This document shows positions 33,215 through 43,579 of a stretch of 64,000 bases of DNA, in pieces. Source of the stretch: Acidobacteriota bacterium (lineage in GTDB: Bacteria > Acidobacteriota > UBA890 > WLXD01); the NCBI GenBank assembly GCA_963666215.2, contig CAXWPL010000005.1, positions 672,001 through 736,000 of the forward strand, in the 5' to 3' direction. Each line of letters opens with the position of its first letter. Position 1 is the stretch's first letter. The notes below the pieces were generated by a model that ran no database searches, was not told the DNA's origin, and saw only the letters and a list, made by a program, of their open reading frames with translations. Position numbers and translations under genes: made by a program.

Positions 33215-34714
33215 ATGCAGCCGTTCGTTTCTTCCTCTTCGCGTTCATTCGCGCTAGCGCTCGTGACGATGATCTCGTCGGTGAGCCTTGCCGCGGGACT
33301 GCCCGTAGATCCCGGCACGAGCGCGTCCGCATCTGTGCACGCGCAACTGCCGCGCTCCCCGTACCCCCCGGGCGAGCTCGTAGAGGAGGCCGTGAGCTCG
33401 TTCGACACCACGCAGTCGTACGCCCTCTACTTGCCGTCGCGCTACACATCCGACCGAACGTGGCCGCTACTTATCGTCATGGACCCGCGCGGCCGGGCAT
33501 TGCCGGCGATCAAGCTGTTCACTCGCGCCGCGGAGGAGCTCGGCTACATCGTGCTGAGCTCGTACAACACAGTGAGCGACGGCCCCTGGGAGCCCAACGC
33601 GGTGGCGATGCGAGCGATGCTCGCCGATGTCGAGGCGCTGTGGACGTTCGACAGCCAGCGCATCTACCTGGCCGGGTTTTCGGGCACGGCGAAGGCCGGT
33701 TGGACCTTCACGAATCAGCTCAGCGGCTACATCGCTGGCGTGATCGGTTTCGGTGGCGGGCTGCCGCCGAACACCGAAATCCCCGACACCGGGACGTTCG
33801 CCTTCTTCGGCGCCGCGAGGACAACCGACTTCAATTATCAGGACATGCGCACCACCGACGCGCTTCTCGACGAAACCAACATCCCGCACCGGCTGGCGTT
33901 CTTCGATGGCGGCCATCAATGGGGCCCCGAACAGCTCGCCTACGAGGCGCTGCATTGGATGGAGTTGCAGGCGATCAAGCTCGATCTACGCGGCGCCAAC
34001 GGCCGCTTCGTTGGCAGCTATTCGGAACGCCGACTCGAGGAGGCGCGCAGCTCCGAGGCAGCCGGCGACCTCGTGACCGCCTTTCGGCGCTACGAGGACT
34101 TCGCCGAGGATTTCAACGACATCGCCGACACCGCCATGGTCGAAACTGCGGCCGCCAAGCGCGCCGAGCTCTCCAAGACCGACACGGTCCGCCGGCGACT
34201 CGATCGCGACCGGGAGCTCGAGAATCAGCAGGAAAAGTTCGTCGAGCGATTCCGGGGCTGGCTTGGGCGCTTCGACAGCGCCCAGCGACCGCCTCCGCTG
34301 CACAGCAGCCTGCAAACACTAGGCGTCCGCGAGCTGCAAGCACAGTCGACGTCGGGCGACGACCCGCTCGCGGCTCAGGCCGCGACACGGTTGCTGCAGA
34401 TCGTCGCGGGGCACGCCGTCTTCTACGAGCCGCGTGACCATTTGGAAGACAACCCGCGGCGCGTTCTTGCGATGCTCGAGGTCGCCAAAGTCATCCAGCC
34501 GAACAACCCGCAGGCCTGGATCAACGAGGCTCGCGCCCACGCACAAGCGGGCGACAGCGAAGGTGCGCTGGAGGCGCTCGAGCGACTCGTGGAGCTGGGT
34601 ACGCTGCAAGGCGCCCGCGGCGCCGACTTCATCGAGAGCGATACCTACCTACAGAAGGTCGCAGGCAGTGATGGGGTGGCCGATCTGATTCGCGACCTGC
34701 GCGACAGCACCTAG
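33215..34714 (+). CDS. Secreted alpha/beta-hydrolase (esterase-like) with TPR-like C-terminus
   Basis: YALYLPS..RIYLAGFSG..FDGGHQW; helical C-terminus. Confidence 0.7.
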   Translation: MQPFVSSSSRSFALALVTMISSVSLAAGLPVDPGTSASASVHAQLPRSPYPPGELVEEAVSSFDTTQSYALYLPSRYTSDRTWPLLIVMDPRGRALPAIKLFTRAAEELGYIVLSSYNTVSDGPWEPNAVAMRAMLADVEALWTFDSQRIYLAGFSGTAKAGWTFTNQLSGYIAGVIGFGGGLPPNTEIPDTGTFAFFGAARTTDFNYQDMRTTDALLDETNIPHRLAFFDGGHQWGPEQLAYEALHWMELQAIKLDLRGANGRFVGSYSERRLEEARSSEAAGDLVTAFRRYEDFAEDFNDIADTAMVETAAAKRAELSKTDTVRRRLDRDRELENQQEKFVERFRGWLGRFDSAQRPPPLHSSLQTLGVRELQAQSTSGDDPLAAQAATRLLQIVAGHAVFYEPRDHLEDNPRRVLAMLEVAKVIQPNNPQAWINEARAHAQAGDSEGALEALERLVELGTLQGARGADFIESDTYLQKVAGSDGVADLIRDLRDST

Positions 34715-34743
34715 CCAGCACGCAAACCGGCGGCGGCGAGACC

Positions 34744-36699
34744 CTACCGTCGGGCGCTCGGCGTCATGGTGATTTCGTGGCGCTCGCCGTCGCGCAGGAA
34801 GACGACCTGAATCTCCTTGTCGACTTTCACGGCGTCGAGGGCGAACGTGTAGTCGTAGATGTTGGAGATCGTCTGGCCAGCGAATTCCACAATCACGTCG
34901 CCGCCGCGGAGCCCGGCTTGTTGCGCGGGTCCACCTTCGATGACACCGCCGAGGAGAAGGCCTTCAACGTCGGCGGCGTAGTCGGGGATCGTGCCGGTGA
35001 AGGCGCGGACGGAGTCGCGATCGCCAGCTGGCGAGCTCGACCGGGCCACCGCGACGAACTCGGGTGGCGTCTCCAGATTGGCGACCCGGCCGGCGAGCAG
35101 TGCTCCGAACCTGGAAATGCGCTCGAGATCTTCGTAGTTGATCGTGTCGGCGTCGTCGGTTGGACGGTGGTAGTCCTCGTGACTGCCGGTAAAGAACGCC
35201 AGCGTCGGCACGCCAGCCTGGTTGAAGCTCGAAGAGTCGGTCGGAAGGTAGGGATCGTCTTGGATCTGGACGTCGAAGCCAATCGGCACGTTGGCGCGCT
35301 CGATCAGCGACGGCCACACCGCGCTGGAGCCAACCGCTTGGAGCACGAGACGGTTGTCGCGCATGCGCCCGACCATGTCGAAGTTGATGTAGGCGGCGAT
35401 GGCTTCGGCATCGATCACGGCCTCCTTGACGAACGCCCCCGAGCCGAGAAGACCCATCTCCTCTCCCGACCAGAAGGCCAGCACGACCGCGCGATTGCGC
35501 TGCCGATTGGCGAGCAGACGGCCCGCCGCAAGCACCGCGGAGACGCCAGAAGCGTTGTCGTCGGAACCGTTGTGGATCTCTCCGATCTCGCCATCGCGAC
35601 CCAGCGAGTTGCCGCCGAGCCCCTCGCCAAGATGGTCGTAGTGAGCGCCCAGGACCAGGAACGGCTTGGAGCCGGGGCCTCCCGGTGACGGGTTCATGGC
35701 GGGCAGGTAGCCGACGACGTTGTTGCCCGTGCGGCGCTCGCGTGTGAGCGCAATCTCGAGATCGATCTCAATGCCCAGGTCGAACCCCGCGACGTGCGGG
35801 TTACCGGTATCGAGCTCGGCCTGCGTAGCCTCGAGGTCCTTACCCGCGGCTGCGAAGAGTGCCTCGCCGGTCCCACCACTGATGCTACCGGCAAGAATTC
35901 CGGAGCCCGCGACGGCTGTGTCGAAGCTCAGTGGCGCGAGCTCGCCGGCGTTGGGCGAACGCGGTCCCGTCAACACCAGCAGTGCGATGGCTCCACGCTC
36001 GCGAGCCTGCATGGCCTTGTAGCGCAGGCCGGAATAGCGCGAGAGGATGGCGCGGGCCTCCTGGTCGACGTCCTCCGGGAAATAGCGCAACACCACAACG
36101 ACTTTGTCTTCGACATCGAGCCCAGCGTAGTTGTCGTAGGGATACCCCTGCCCCTCCGGGATCGCCAGGCCATAGCCAGCGAATACGACGCCAGCCGAAA
36201 CACTGCCGGCGTCGGAAAAGGAAAGGGCGCGGATCTCGGCCGCAGAGTCGGACGCCGTCGCACCACCGGGGTTGCAGCTGGAGCCCGAGCTCGACCAGCG
36301 GCAACCAGCCACCTCGATGGCGCTGCCCGTGTCGTCGACGCCGGCGGTAAATTCGAACGGCACGGTGTAATCCGGATGGCCAGGAAGCGGCTCAGCGCCG
36401 AGGGCCTCGAGCTCCGCGGCAATATGCGCCGCGGCGACGCGAGCGCCATCGGTCCCGATCAATCGACCACCGAGCTCGTCGGATGCAAGAAAGCGGAGAT
36501 CACGCTCGATCAGCTCGCGCGGCGAAAGCTCTTCGCCGACGGAAGCCCGCTGAGGAGTCGCGGGCATCGAGCTCGTCACACCCGGCTCGGTCGGGAATCC
36601 GGCAACGGAAGGGGAAGCGGCGCCAGGATCCGCCATCGCCGAAATCGCCACCAGACCGAGTACCGAGATCACGATCGGACGTCTTGCGGGAATGTTCAT
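34744..36699 (-). CDS. M28 aminopeptidase with PA and PDZ domains
   Basis: LASDELGGR, GAHYDHLG, GSDDNASG, SGEEMGLLGS, NFDMVGR, DYHRPTD; PDZ. Confidence 0.92.
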   Translation of the reverse strand: MNIPARRPIVISVLGLVAISAMADPGAASPSVAGFPTEPGVTSSMPATPQRASVGEELSPRELIERDLRFLASDELGGRLIGTDGARVAAAHIAAELEALGAEPLPGHPDYTVPFEFTAGVDDTGSAIEVAGCRWSSSGSSCNPGGATASDSAAEIRALSFSDAGSVSAGVVFAGYGLAIPEGQGYPYDNYAGLDVEDKVVVVLRYFPEDVDQEARAILSRYSGLRYKAMQARERGAIALLVLTGPRSPNAGELAPLSFDTAVAGSGILAGSISGGTGEALFAAAGKDLEATQAELDTGNPHVAGFDLGIEIDLEIALTRERRTGNNVVGYLPAMNPSPGGPGSKPFLVLGAHYDHLGEGLGGNSLGRDGEIGEIHNGSDDNASGVSAVLAAGRLLANRQRNRAVVLAFWSGEEMGLLGSGAFVKEAVIDAEAIAAYINFDMVGRMRDNRLVLQAVGSSAVWPSLIERANVPIGFDVQIQDDPYLPTDSSSFNQAGVPTLAFFTGSHEDYHRPTDDADTINYEDLERISRFGALLAGRVANLETPPEFVAVARSSSPAGDRDSVRAFTGTIPDYAADVEGLLLGGVIEGGPAQQAGLRGGDVIVEFAGQTISNIYDYTFALDAVKVDKEIQVVFLRDGERHEITMTPSARR

Positions 36700-37943
36700 C
36701 GTTGGTCCTCTGTGGGGTCTACGCTCGACGCCTGCCTCAGTGGCGCGGCGGCGATCGCCTGGCGCGCCGCCTCGTGATCCCAGTCGGCGGTGTAGAGCTG
36801 CCCCAGACGGGCACTCGGATCGTGGCGCGTCGACGTCCAGATGAGACGCGTACCATCGGGCGACGGCACCGGGAGATGATCGAACCCCTCGGTGCAGGTC
36901 ACCCGAACAGGCTCCTTCGTGCCGTCGATGTCGACAAGGTAGAGTTCGAAGTTCTCGAAACCGAGCTTGTTGGAACCGAAGATCACGTACTCCAAAGAGG
37001 GGTGCACGTACGGCGCCCAACTCATGGAGCCGAAGTCGGTCAAGCGGCGCTCGTCGCTGCCGTCGAGCTTCATGGAAAAAACGTCGGCGGTCAGCCCCGA
37101 CTCATCGAAGCGGCGCCAGATGATGCGCGAGCTGTCGGGAAAGAAGAACGGACCGCCGTCGTAGCCCAACGATGTGGTGAGCTGCCGCTGCTCGGAACCG
37201 TCGGCACGCATGATGTAGATGTCGGCGAAGTAAGCCGGGTCGGTCTCCAGCATGCGTTGCTCGTGCTCGCTCAGGTCGCGGTTGTAGGCGTTACGCAACG
37301 ACGTGAACGCAATCCACCTGCCGTCGGAGGAAAAGCTCGCCTCGGCGTCATAGCCGACGGCGTCGGTAAGGCGTCGCAGCTCGCCGGTGGCGCGCTCCGA
37401 CACGAAGATGTCCATCGCCGTCTCGTAGCTCCAGGAGTAACGCGGCTGATTGCCCGCCTCACGCATCTCGTACTCGGCACGCTGCTTATCGAGGATGTCG
37501 GGGTCGAGGTGCGTTGAGCCGAAGAGAATGTCCAGCGTCTTGGGGTGGAAGAATGAGCACGTAGTATTGCCGACGCCGGGCGAAACGCGGCGTGTGTCGC
37601 CGGTCGTCAGATCGAGCTCGTAGATCTGGTAGAAGGGGTTCCCCGGCTCACGCTCGCTCTGAAAAGTGAGCCTCGACCCATCGGCGGAGAAGTAGCCTTC
37701 CCCGGCTCGCCTGCCCTCGTAGGTCAGGCGGCGAGCCCGTTTCAGAAACCGGGTCTCATTGTCATCTCCCTGCGCCGGCGTCGGCGTAACGGACGTCGAC
37801 GAGCCCGCCGAAAAGCCGAGGGCTCCACCTTCGCGATGAGCCGCCGCGTGGGAAACCGCGCCCACCAGCACCATCAGAGTCACAATGGAGCCGACAAGGC
37901 CGACAGCAACAGGCAGGATTCGACGACGGCCGGGAAGGGACAC
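36696..37943 (-). CDS. TolB-like PD40 beta-propeller protein
   Basis: RAGEGYFS, GYDAEASFS, GYDGGPFF; ATGA overlap with the M28 gene; start uncertain. Confidence 0.85.
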   Translation of the reverse strand: MSLPGRRRILPVAVGLVGSIVTLMVLVGAVSHAAAHREGGALGFSAGSSTSVTPTPAQGDDNETRFLKRARRLTYEGRRAGEGYFSADGSRLTFQSEREPGNPFYQIYELDLTTGDTRRVSPGVGNTTCSFFHPKTLDILFGSTHLDPDILDKQRAEYEMREAGNQPRYSWSYETAMDIFVSERATGELRRLTDAVGYDAEASFSSDGRWIAFTSLRNAYNRDLSEHEQRMLETDPAYFADIYIMRADGSEQRQLTTSLGYDGGPFFFPDSSRIIWRRFDESGLTADVFSMKLDGSDERRLTDFGSMSWAPYVHPSLEYVIFGSNKLGFENFELYLVDIDGTKEPVRVTCTEGFDHLPVPSPDGTRLIWTSTRHDPSARLGQLYTADWDHEAARQAIAAAPLRQASSVDPTEDQR

Positions 37944-38074
37944 AGCGACCTCTGAAGGTTTTGAGCTGCGTGGGCGAAGCAGACCCACTGCGCTTGATGA
38001 GAACGTTTGGCGCGAAAGACCACTGGGAGCATGATACCGGCCCGGTCTTCGCGCCGCCCGTTGTTGCCGCGCCA

Positions 38075-38671
38075 TCAGCTGTTGGCGAGCGCCATCCGGA
38101 AGCGGACGGCCCATTCGGCGATGGACGTCCTCAAGTAAATCGCCTCCTCGCCAGGGCCTCGGGCGATCGGGCCCTCGTTGCCCGCCTCCACAGATACCGA
38201 CACGAAAACCGGGCCCGAGGCCGTGAGCAAGCTTGGCAGCGCGGCGTCGTAGGCCTCGGCCTGGACGAAAGCGAACACGCTCGGAAATCCGCAGGCGCGC
38301 GCGACCGCGGCGAAGTCGAGCTTTCCGCCACCCGGCACCGGCTGGCCACCGGTGATCTCGTAGGCGCGATTCTCGACGACCATGAGAATGAGGTTGGTGG
38401 CACCCGACTCGACGATCGTCGCCAGCGTCCCCCGCGACATCAGCATGCTGCCGTCGCCGTTCAAGCAAATCACGCGCCGGTCGGGACGCGCCATCGCGAT
38501 GCCGAGGGCCAGGTCGGCGGCGTGGCCCATGGCGCTATCGGCAGAAGCGAAGTCGAGCGCACTCTGAGACAGTCGCTCCCACGGGCACACAACACCCATC
38601 GTGGTGACGACAACGTCGTTCTGGCGTCGGTGCTCTGCCAGCGGTTGCAGCAGCTCCGCCTTGGTCAGCAC
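38075..38671 (-). CDS. TPP-dependent decarboxylase beta subunit (ComE / phosphonopyruvate decarboxylase-like)
   Basis: SAMGHA..LGIA, NGDGSMLM..VENRAYEITGGQP. Confidence 0.82.
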   Translation of the reverse strand: MLTKAELLQPLAEHRRQNDVVVTTMGVVCPWERLSQSALDFASADSAMGHAADLALGIAMARPDRRVICLNGDGSMLMSRGTLATIVESGATNLILMVVENRAYEITGGQPVPGGGKLDFAAVARACGFPSVFAFVQAEAYDAALPSLLTASGPVFVSVSVEAGNEGPIARGPGEEAIYLRTSIAEWAVRFRMALANS

Positions 38672-38690
38672 CTGGGCGCCCCCGAGCCAG

Positions 38691-39326
38691 TCACTGCAAG
38701 GCTCCGGTCAGCAGCAGGGCGACCGGACCCCGCCGGCGCTCGGCCAGCCGCCAGGCGCGACCCACCGACGCCACGTCACGGTCGCCGCGATACAGCTCGA
38801 AAGGCACCTCCCAAGCTGCAAGAGTCGGCTCGGTGAGAGCGGCCACCGAGTCGAGATGGCGCGATCGTAGCTGCTCGGCGCGATCATGCTCTCGGCACTC
38901 GCGTTCGGTCGGCGAGCCTCCGAGGGAGGCGTAGCCGCGATAGCCAACCAAGCACAGCAGCGGCACTCCGAGCCGGGTCACGGTGCCCCGCAGCGCGTCG
39001 CCGCTCTCGAGCAGCCCGCTGTTCTGGATCACCGCCACGGGGCGTGCGCCTCCGAGCCACAGGCCCGCGGCAATGGCGAACGCTTCGCCTTCGCGCGTCA
39101 CCGTCAGACGGGCGAGACCACCACCATCAGCAGCGTGCACCGGATTGATACCGAGACGCGCGGCCGGGCTACCGCTGAACAGCACGGCGGTCGCGTTGTC
39201 CGGCAGGCCAATCAGGTGCGTCGCGCCGCAGCCGGCGAGCTCGTCGACGATCACGCTCGCTCGCCGCATCTCCGCGCCCGCCATGGAATCGGCCACCGAG
39301 ATCGAAGCCTCCTCAGATCCCGTCAC
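38691..39326 (-). CDS. TPP-dependent decarboxylase alpha subunit (ComD-like)
   Basis: GLPDN, VTREGEAFAIAAGLWLGG..IQNSGL. Confidence 0.8.
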   Translation of the reverse strand: MTGSEEASISVADSMAGAEMRRASVIVDELAGCGATHLIGLPDNATAVLFSGSPAARLGINPVHAADGGGLARLTVTREGEAFAIAAGLWLGGARPVAVIQNSGLLESGDALRGTVTRLGVPLLCLVGYRGYASLGGSPTERECREHDRAEQLRSRHLDSVAALTEPTLAAWEVPFELYRGDRDVASVGRAWRLAERRRGPVALLLTGALQ

Positions 39327-39455
39327 CGCTGGGCTGGCTCAGCCCCGTAGCGGAAATGGATCGGGCCAGCGTGACACAAGGACGTTCGTAGCTGAGCTCC
39401 CTGAACGAGGGCCGTACGCGTTGGGCAAACGGCTCGACGAGTCAAACTAGTCGAA

Positions 39456-41645
39456 CTAGGGCAGCGCAATCGTCCAGGCCCCCCGCCCAAGCGTGGTGAC
39501 AACAAGGCGCGCCCGCTCCGCATCAACAACAAGGTCATGTACCGGGGCGTTGGGCAGGCCCAGGCCATAGCGGCTCCAGCTGCCCCCCTCGTTGTCGCTC
39601 AGGTACACACCGGCGTCGGTCCCGAGAAAGAGCAGCCGCCGCATGCCGTCGTTGTGTACCGCCACGGCGGGGGCTGGTCGATCGGGCAGGTCGCCGTCGA
39701 TCGAGCTCCAGGTGAGGCCACGATCGCGACTCACGCGGATCTGGTCGACGCCGAAGCGGTTGACGGCGAGATAGACGGTCCGATCGTCGAGCGGATCCAC
39801 GGCGAGCTCCCGCGTGACGCGTGGCCACCCTCGCAAGCCACTGAGGGCGAGGTGCCACGTTCTTCCGCCATCGCTGCTCACCTGTACCCGGCCATCGTTC
39901 GTGGCCGCGTAAACGGTGCTCGAATTCGACGGCGCGATCACCAGCGCGCGGATCGCCCAGGGAGTGCCGCTGGTGAGGTCGCCGCTGATCGGCTGCCAGC
40001 TCAGCCCCTGGTTCGTGCTTTCGTAAATCCGGTGCGTCGCGTAGAGCATCCGCGAAGCGTTGTTCGGATCGATCTGGAACGGCGGCAGGAAGCAGTTACG
40101 GTCGCCAGCCGAGATTCCCGCCGATGCAGCCACGAACCCGAGACCACCATTGGAGGAGCGGAAGAGATTGCCAGTGCCCTGGAACTCGACGAAGACGTTG
40201 TTCGGGTTGGTTTGATCGATCGCCGTGTAACCGCCGTCGCCACCAAATACCGAGGTCCAGGTGCCGCCGCTGGCTCGTTTGTTCGAGCCGTTGTCCTGCG
40301 TGCCGGCGAGCACGATCTCCGGATCGTCCGGGTGCAGCGACAGCCCGGGGTAAAACTGAATCGTCCCGAGCCGGTTGTTGAGCACCTGCCAACCGATACC
40401 GCGATCGCTCGATCGGTGCACGCCGCCGTCGTCTGCCACCAGGAGGCGGCCGCTGGCATCGAACCCGATTCCATGGATATCGACGTGGGGCGGTGTGACA
40501 TCGAGGTAGGACGCTCCGCCGTCAGTGGATCTCAGCAGCGGTAGGCCTCCGATGTAGAAGGTGTCCGGATCGGTTGGCTGCACCGCGATGGCGTTGTAGT
40601 AGTAGCCGCCGTCGCTCTGAAGGTTGCCCGGGTGCCGCAGCGTCCAGGTGGAGCCACCATCGTCTGATCGGTAAACGCCCAGCGTCGAAGCTCCCCCGGG
40701 CGAGAAGCCCCCGTTGCTACCCTTGTTGGCGGGGCGCGCGATGAGGGCGTAGACACGACTGCTGTCGGACGGCGCGATGGCGATCGAGATCCGTCCGACG
40801 CTCTTATCCGGGAGCCCACCGCGCAGTCGGCGCCACGACTCGCCGCCGTCGGTGCTGCGATACACGCCGTTGCGCGGATGGCCGAAGATCTCGCCGATGG
40901 CGGCGAACAAGCGGTGGTTGTTCGCCGGGTCGATAACGATGTCACTGGCCGCCTGGTTGGGCAGGCCGCCCCGGAGTCGCTTCCACGACCGCCCCCCGTT
41001 CTGCGATCGGAAGATCCCGCGCGGCCCGTTGCGGCGTGGATGCCCCTTGGTGGCCTCGCGCGCTGGGAAAGTGCCACCAGCACGTGCCACGGCAGCGAGA
41101 ACGACGTCGCTGTTCTCGGTCGAAACCGCAATGCGCGAAAAGGTCCTCCCAGAAAAACGATCGGCTCCCAGAACCTCCCAGGTTCGGCCACCGTTACGAG
41201 TCTTGAACATACCCAGGCCGTAGTTGCTGTGGAAGGCGTAGTTGGCCTCGCCCGAGCCGGCATACACCACGCGATCGTTGTGTGGATCGACGGCAATGGC
41301 GCCGATAGCCAGGATCGGCAAATCGTCACCCACAGAGATCCAGCGAACACCGGCGTTGGTCGTGCGCCACACGCCGCCTCCGGCACCGGCCGCGTAGTAA
41401 CGGCGCGGGTTCGTGGCGCTCGCGGCGATCCCGGCGATGCGCCCCGTTGATCTCGAAAAATTATCAATGGGTTGCGGCCCGAGCTGACGCCAGGTGGCGG
41501 CCCGCAGCGCCAGCGACGTGGACGGCCTCAACGCGACGACAGCGACAGCTAAGGAAACGAGGAGCCCAACGGCGAGCGCAAGCAGTACCCGTCTGTCGAG
41601 CCGTTCTTTTGATGACGATGGCCCGCTGACGCTGCTCGGGCTCAT
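39456..41645 (-). CDS. Secreted BNR/Asp-box (Vps10/GH74-like) beta-propeller protein
   Basis: Repeated (R)SxDGGxxW, HVDIH, GTQDNG, GGDGG, TLGRG. Confidence 0.85.
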   Translation of the reverse strand: MSPSSVSGPSSSKERLDRRVLLALAVGLLVSLAVAVVALRPSTSLALRAATWRQLGPQPIDNFSRSTGRIAGIAASATNPRRYYAAGAGGGVWRTTNAGVRWISVGDDLPILAIGAIAVDPHNDRVVYAGSGEANYAFHSNYGLGMFKTRNGGRTWEVLGADRFSGRTFSRIAVSTENSDVVLAAVARAGGTFPAREATKGHPRRNGPRGIFRSQNGGRSWKRLRGGLPNQAASDIVIDPANNHRLFAAIGEIFGHPRNGVYRSTDGGESWRRLRGGLPDKSVGRISIAIAPSDSSRVYALIARPANKGSNGGFSPGGASTLGVYRSDDGGSTWTLRHPGNLQSDGGYYYNAIAVQPTDPDTFYIGGLPLLRSTDGGASYLDVTPPHVDIHGIGFDASGRLLVADDGGVHRSSDRGIGWQVLNNRLGTIQFYPGLSLHPDDPEIVLAGTQDNGSNKRASGGTWTSVFGGDGGYTAIDQTNPNNVFVEFQGTGNLFRSSNGGLGFVAASAGISAGDRNCFLPPFQIDPNNASRMLYATHRIYESTNQGLSWQPISGDLTSGTPWAIRALVIAPSNSSTVYAATNDGRVQVSSDGGRTWHLALSGLRGWPRVTRELAVDPLDDRTVYLAVNRFGVDQIRVSRDRGLTWSSIDGDLPDRPAPAVAVHNDGMRRLLFLGTDAGVYLSDNEGGSWSRYGLGLPNAPVHDLVVDAERARLVVTTLGRGAWTIALP

Positions 41646-42424
41646 CGTTGGCCTCGCAGATCGGCCGCCGCCCAGAACGAGGCGGACTCCACGCGGAACA
41701 CCAGCTCAGCGACGCGCTCGGCGCCTTCGTCGGTCTGCCGATACACCAGCCGCCACCTGCCCTCGCTGTCGATCCGAATCGACGCGATTCCTTGTGGACC
41801 GCTGGTAGCGCGAACCTCTTGCCCGCGCGGTCCGATGGCCACAACCACCTGAGCTGCCTGCGCCTCACCGTTGAGGTAGAGCCTGACAGGCAGGTCGTAT
41901 GCGGGGCGCAGCAGCGTCGGGCTCTGCAGCGGCCGGATCTCGATGCGACTGCTGGTCTTGGCGGTCATCGCATCGGCCACCGCATAACGCTCGGCGATGG
42001 CCGCGGTGGTCGCGGCTGGAGCCTCCGAAGCTGCCGGATCGGCCGAGGCCGACCAGGAGCAAACGATCGTCTTCGTGCAGCGATCCACACGCCGCCAAGA
42101 ATCCGCATGGCCCTTCTCGGATTCGGGACCCACGTCAACAGCCAGCATGTAACAGCCACGCGGCGCCGCCACACTGATGAGTCTTCCCGCGGGCAATCCC
42201 TGGGGAGCCAACGCGCGCTGTCCTGAGCTGGTACGCAACAACAGTTTGGCAACGTTCAGGCGCGACCAGTCGGCGCCATCGCGGAGCTCGAGCCGCATCG
42301 TCGAAGCGCTTGCCAGCTCCCGCATCTCGAAAACCGGCGGCGGCGGCCCACTCTGCGCCGCCGACACTACGATGGAAAGCGCAAGGAAACTCGAACTTCC
42401 GGCAAGAGAAATCGTGGCTCGCAC
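41642..42424 (-). CDS. Secreted DUF4198-like hypothetical protein
   Basis: RBS GGAGGA plus GTG; IEIRPLQSP..LPVRLYLNG..G.A....G.W; ATGA overlap with the next gene. Confidence 0.5.
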   Translation of the reverse strand: MRATISLAGSSSFLALSIVVSAAQSGPPPPVFEMRELASASTMRLELRDGADWSRLNVAKLLLRTSSGQRALAPQGLPAGRLISVAAPRGCYMLAVDVGPESEKGHADSWRRVDRCTKTIVCSWSASADPAASEAPAATTAAIAERYAVADAMTAKTSSRIEIRPLQSPTLLRPAYDLPVRLYLNGEAQAAQVVVAIGPRGQEVRATSGPQGIASIRIDSEGRWRLVYRQTDEGAERVAELVFRVESASFWAAADLRGQR

Positions 42425-42535
42425 AGCTCCTCCGGAGACAGAGGGTACCCGGGGCGTTGTGATCGTACCACCGCCGAGAGAGCGTCCACGCGGTGGCGGC
42501 CGGGACAAGGCCGCAACCTTCAACGTCCGTCTAGG

Positions 42536-43578
42536 TGTGAGTTCTAGGTAGGTTGTTCACGAACTCACCCCTGAGAGCCGAGCGATCGGCGGTGTCATGC
42601 CGATGCCGGCGTGGGGGCGGTGACGATTGTAGTGGTTGAGCCAGGGCCGTAGAGCTCGAGTACGTCGAGCTGAGGTCTGGTAGCAGGTGCCGTAGGCCCA
42701 CTGCTCCTTGAGTGTGCGGATGAAGCGTTCGGCTTTGCCGTTGGTTCTGGGGGTGTAGGGCCGGGTGTAAATGTGCCGGATCTCGAGTTGATGGCATAGG
42801 CGATTGAAGCGCTTCGAGACGTAGCCAGGCCCGTTGTCTGTCATCACTCGGCGCACCGCTACTCCCATCGAAGCGAAGTGCTCGACGGCTCGCTGCAGGA
42901 ACGCTGTGCAGGTGTGTTGGTCTTCGGCGGGCAGCACTTCGACGTACGCCACCCGAGAGTGATCGTCGATAGCGACGTGGGCGTTCTCCCAGCCGACGCC
43001 GTAGGCCCGCTTGGAGCGGTCGCCGTGGATGCGGTGTCCAGGTCGCCGGATACGGGCCAGTTTCTTCGTATCCAGGTGCAGTAGGTCACCGGGGTGCTCG
43101 TACTCGTAGCGAACGATCTCGGGCTTGGGCTCGAGCGCATCAAGCTTGGCGAGTCCGAGCCGCTTCAGCCACGCCGAGACGGTCGAGCGCGGCACAGCCA
43201 ACCTTCGGCTGATCTGCCAGGCCGTCAGTCGCCGCCGACGTAGCTTGTCGATCTGCCTCACAACTCCAGCGCTTGTTGCGTGCGGACAGCACGTCGGCCG
43301 GCTTGATCGATCGAGCAGCCCGGCCTCACCTTCTCGCTCGTATCTATCCAGCCACTTGTAAACCGTTCGAGCCGACACGCCGAGCGCCGCCGCCGTTTCC
43401 GTCACGGGCTCCGCCCGCTCCCGGACTCGGCGGACCATCTCTCGGCGTATATACGGCGTCGTGCGGGCGTTACCATGCAGCTGCATCGGGCGCTCCTTCT
43501 GAGGTCGTGGAGTCTTTTGAACAACCCCATTGATCTCAGAAGTGAGCCCCGATGTGAACAACCTACTTAGAAAACACA
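42536..43578 (-). mobile_element. Complete IS481-family element (transposase 42557..43486) with 6-bp TSD TCTAGG
   Basis: TGT..ACA termini; IRs TGTGAGTTCTAGGTAGGTTGTTCAC / GTGAACAACCTACTTAGAAAACACA; TCTAGG at 42530-42535 and 43579-43584; HGNART, HLDTKK, TDNG, NGKAERF. Confidence 0.95.
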
Positions 43579-43579
43579 T

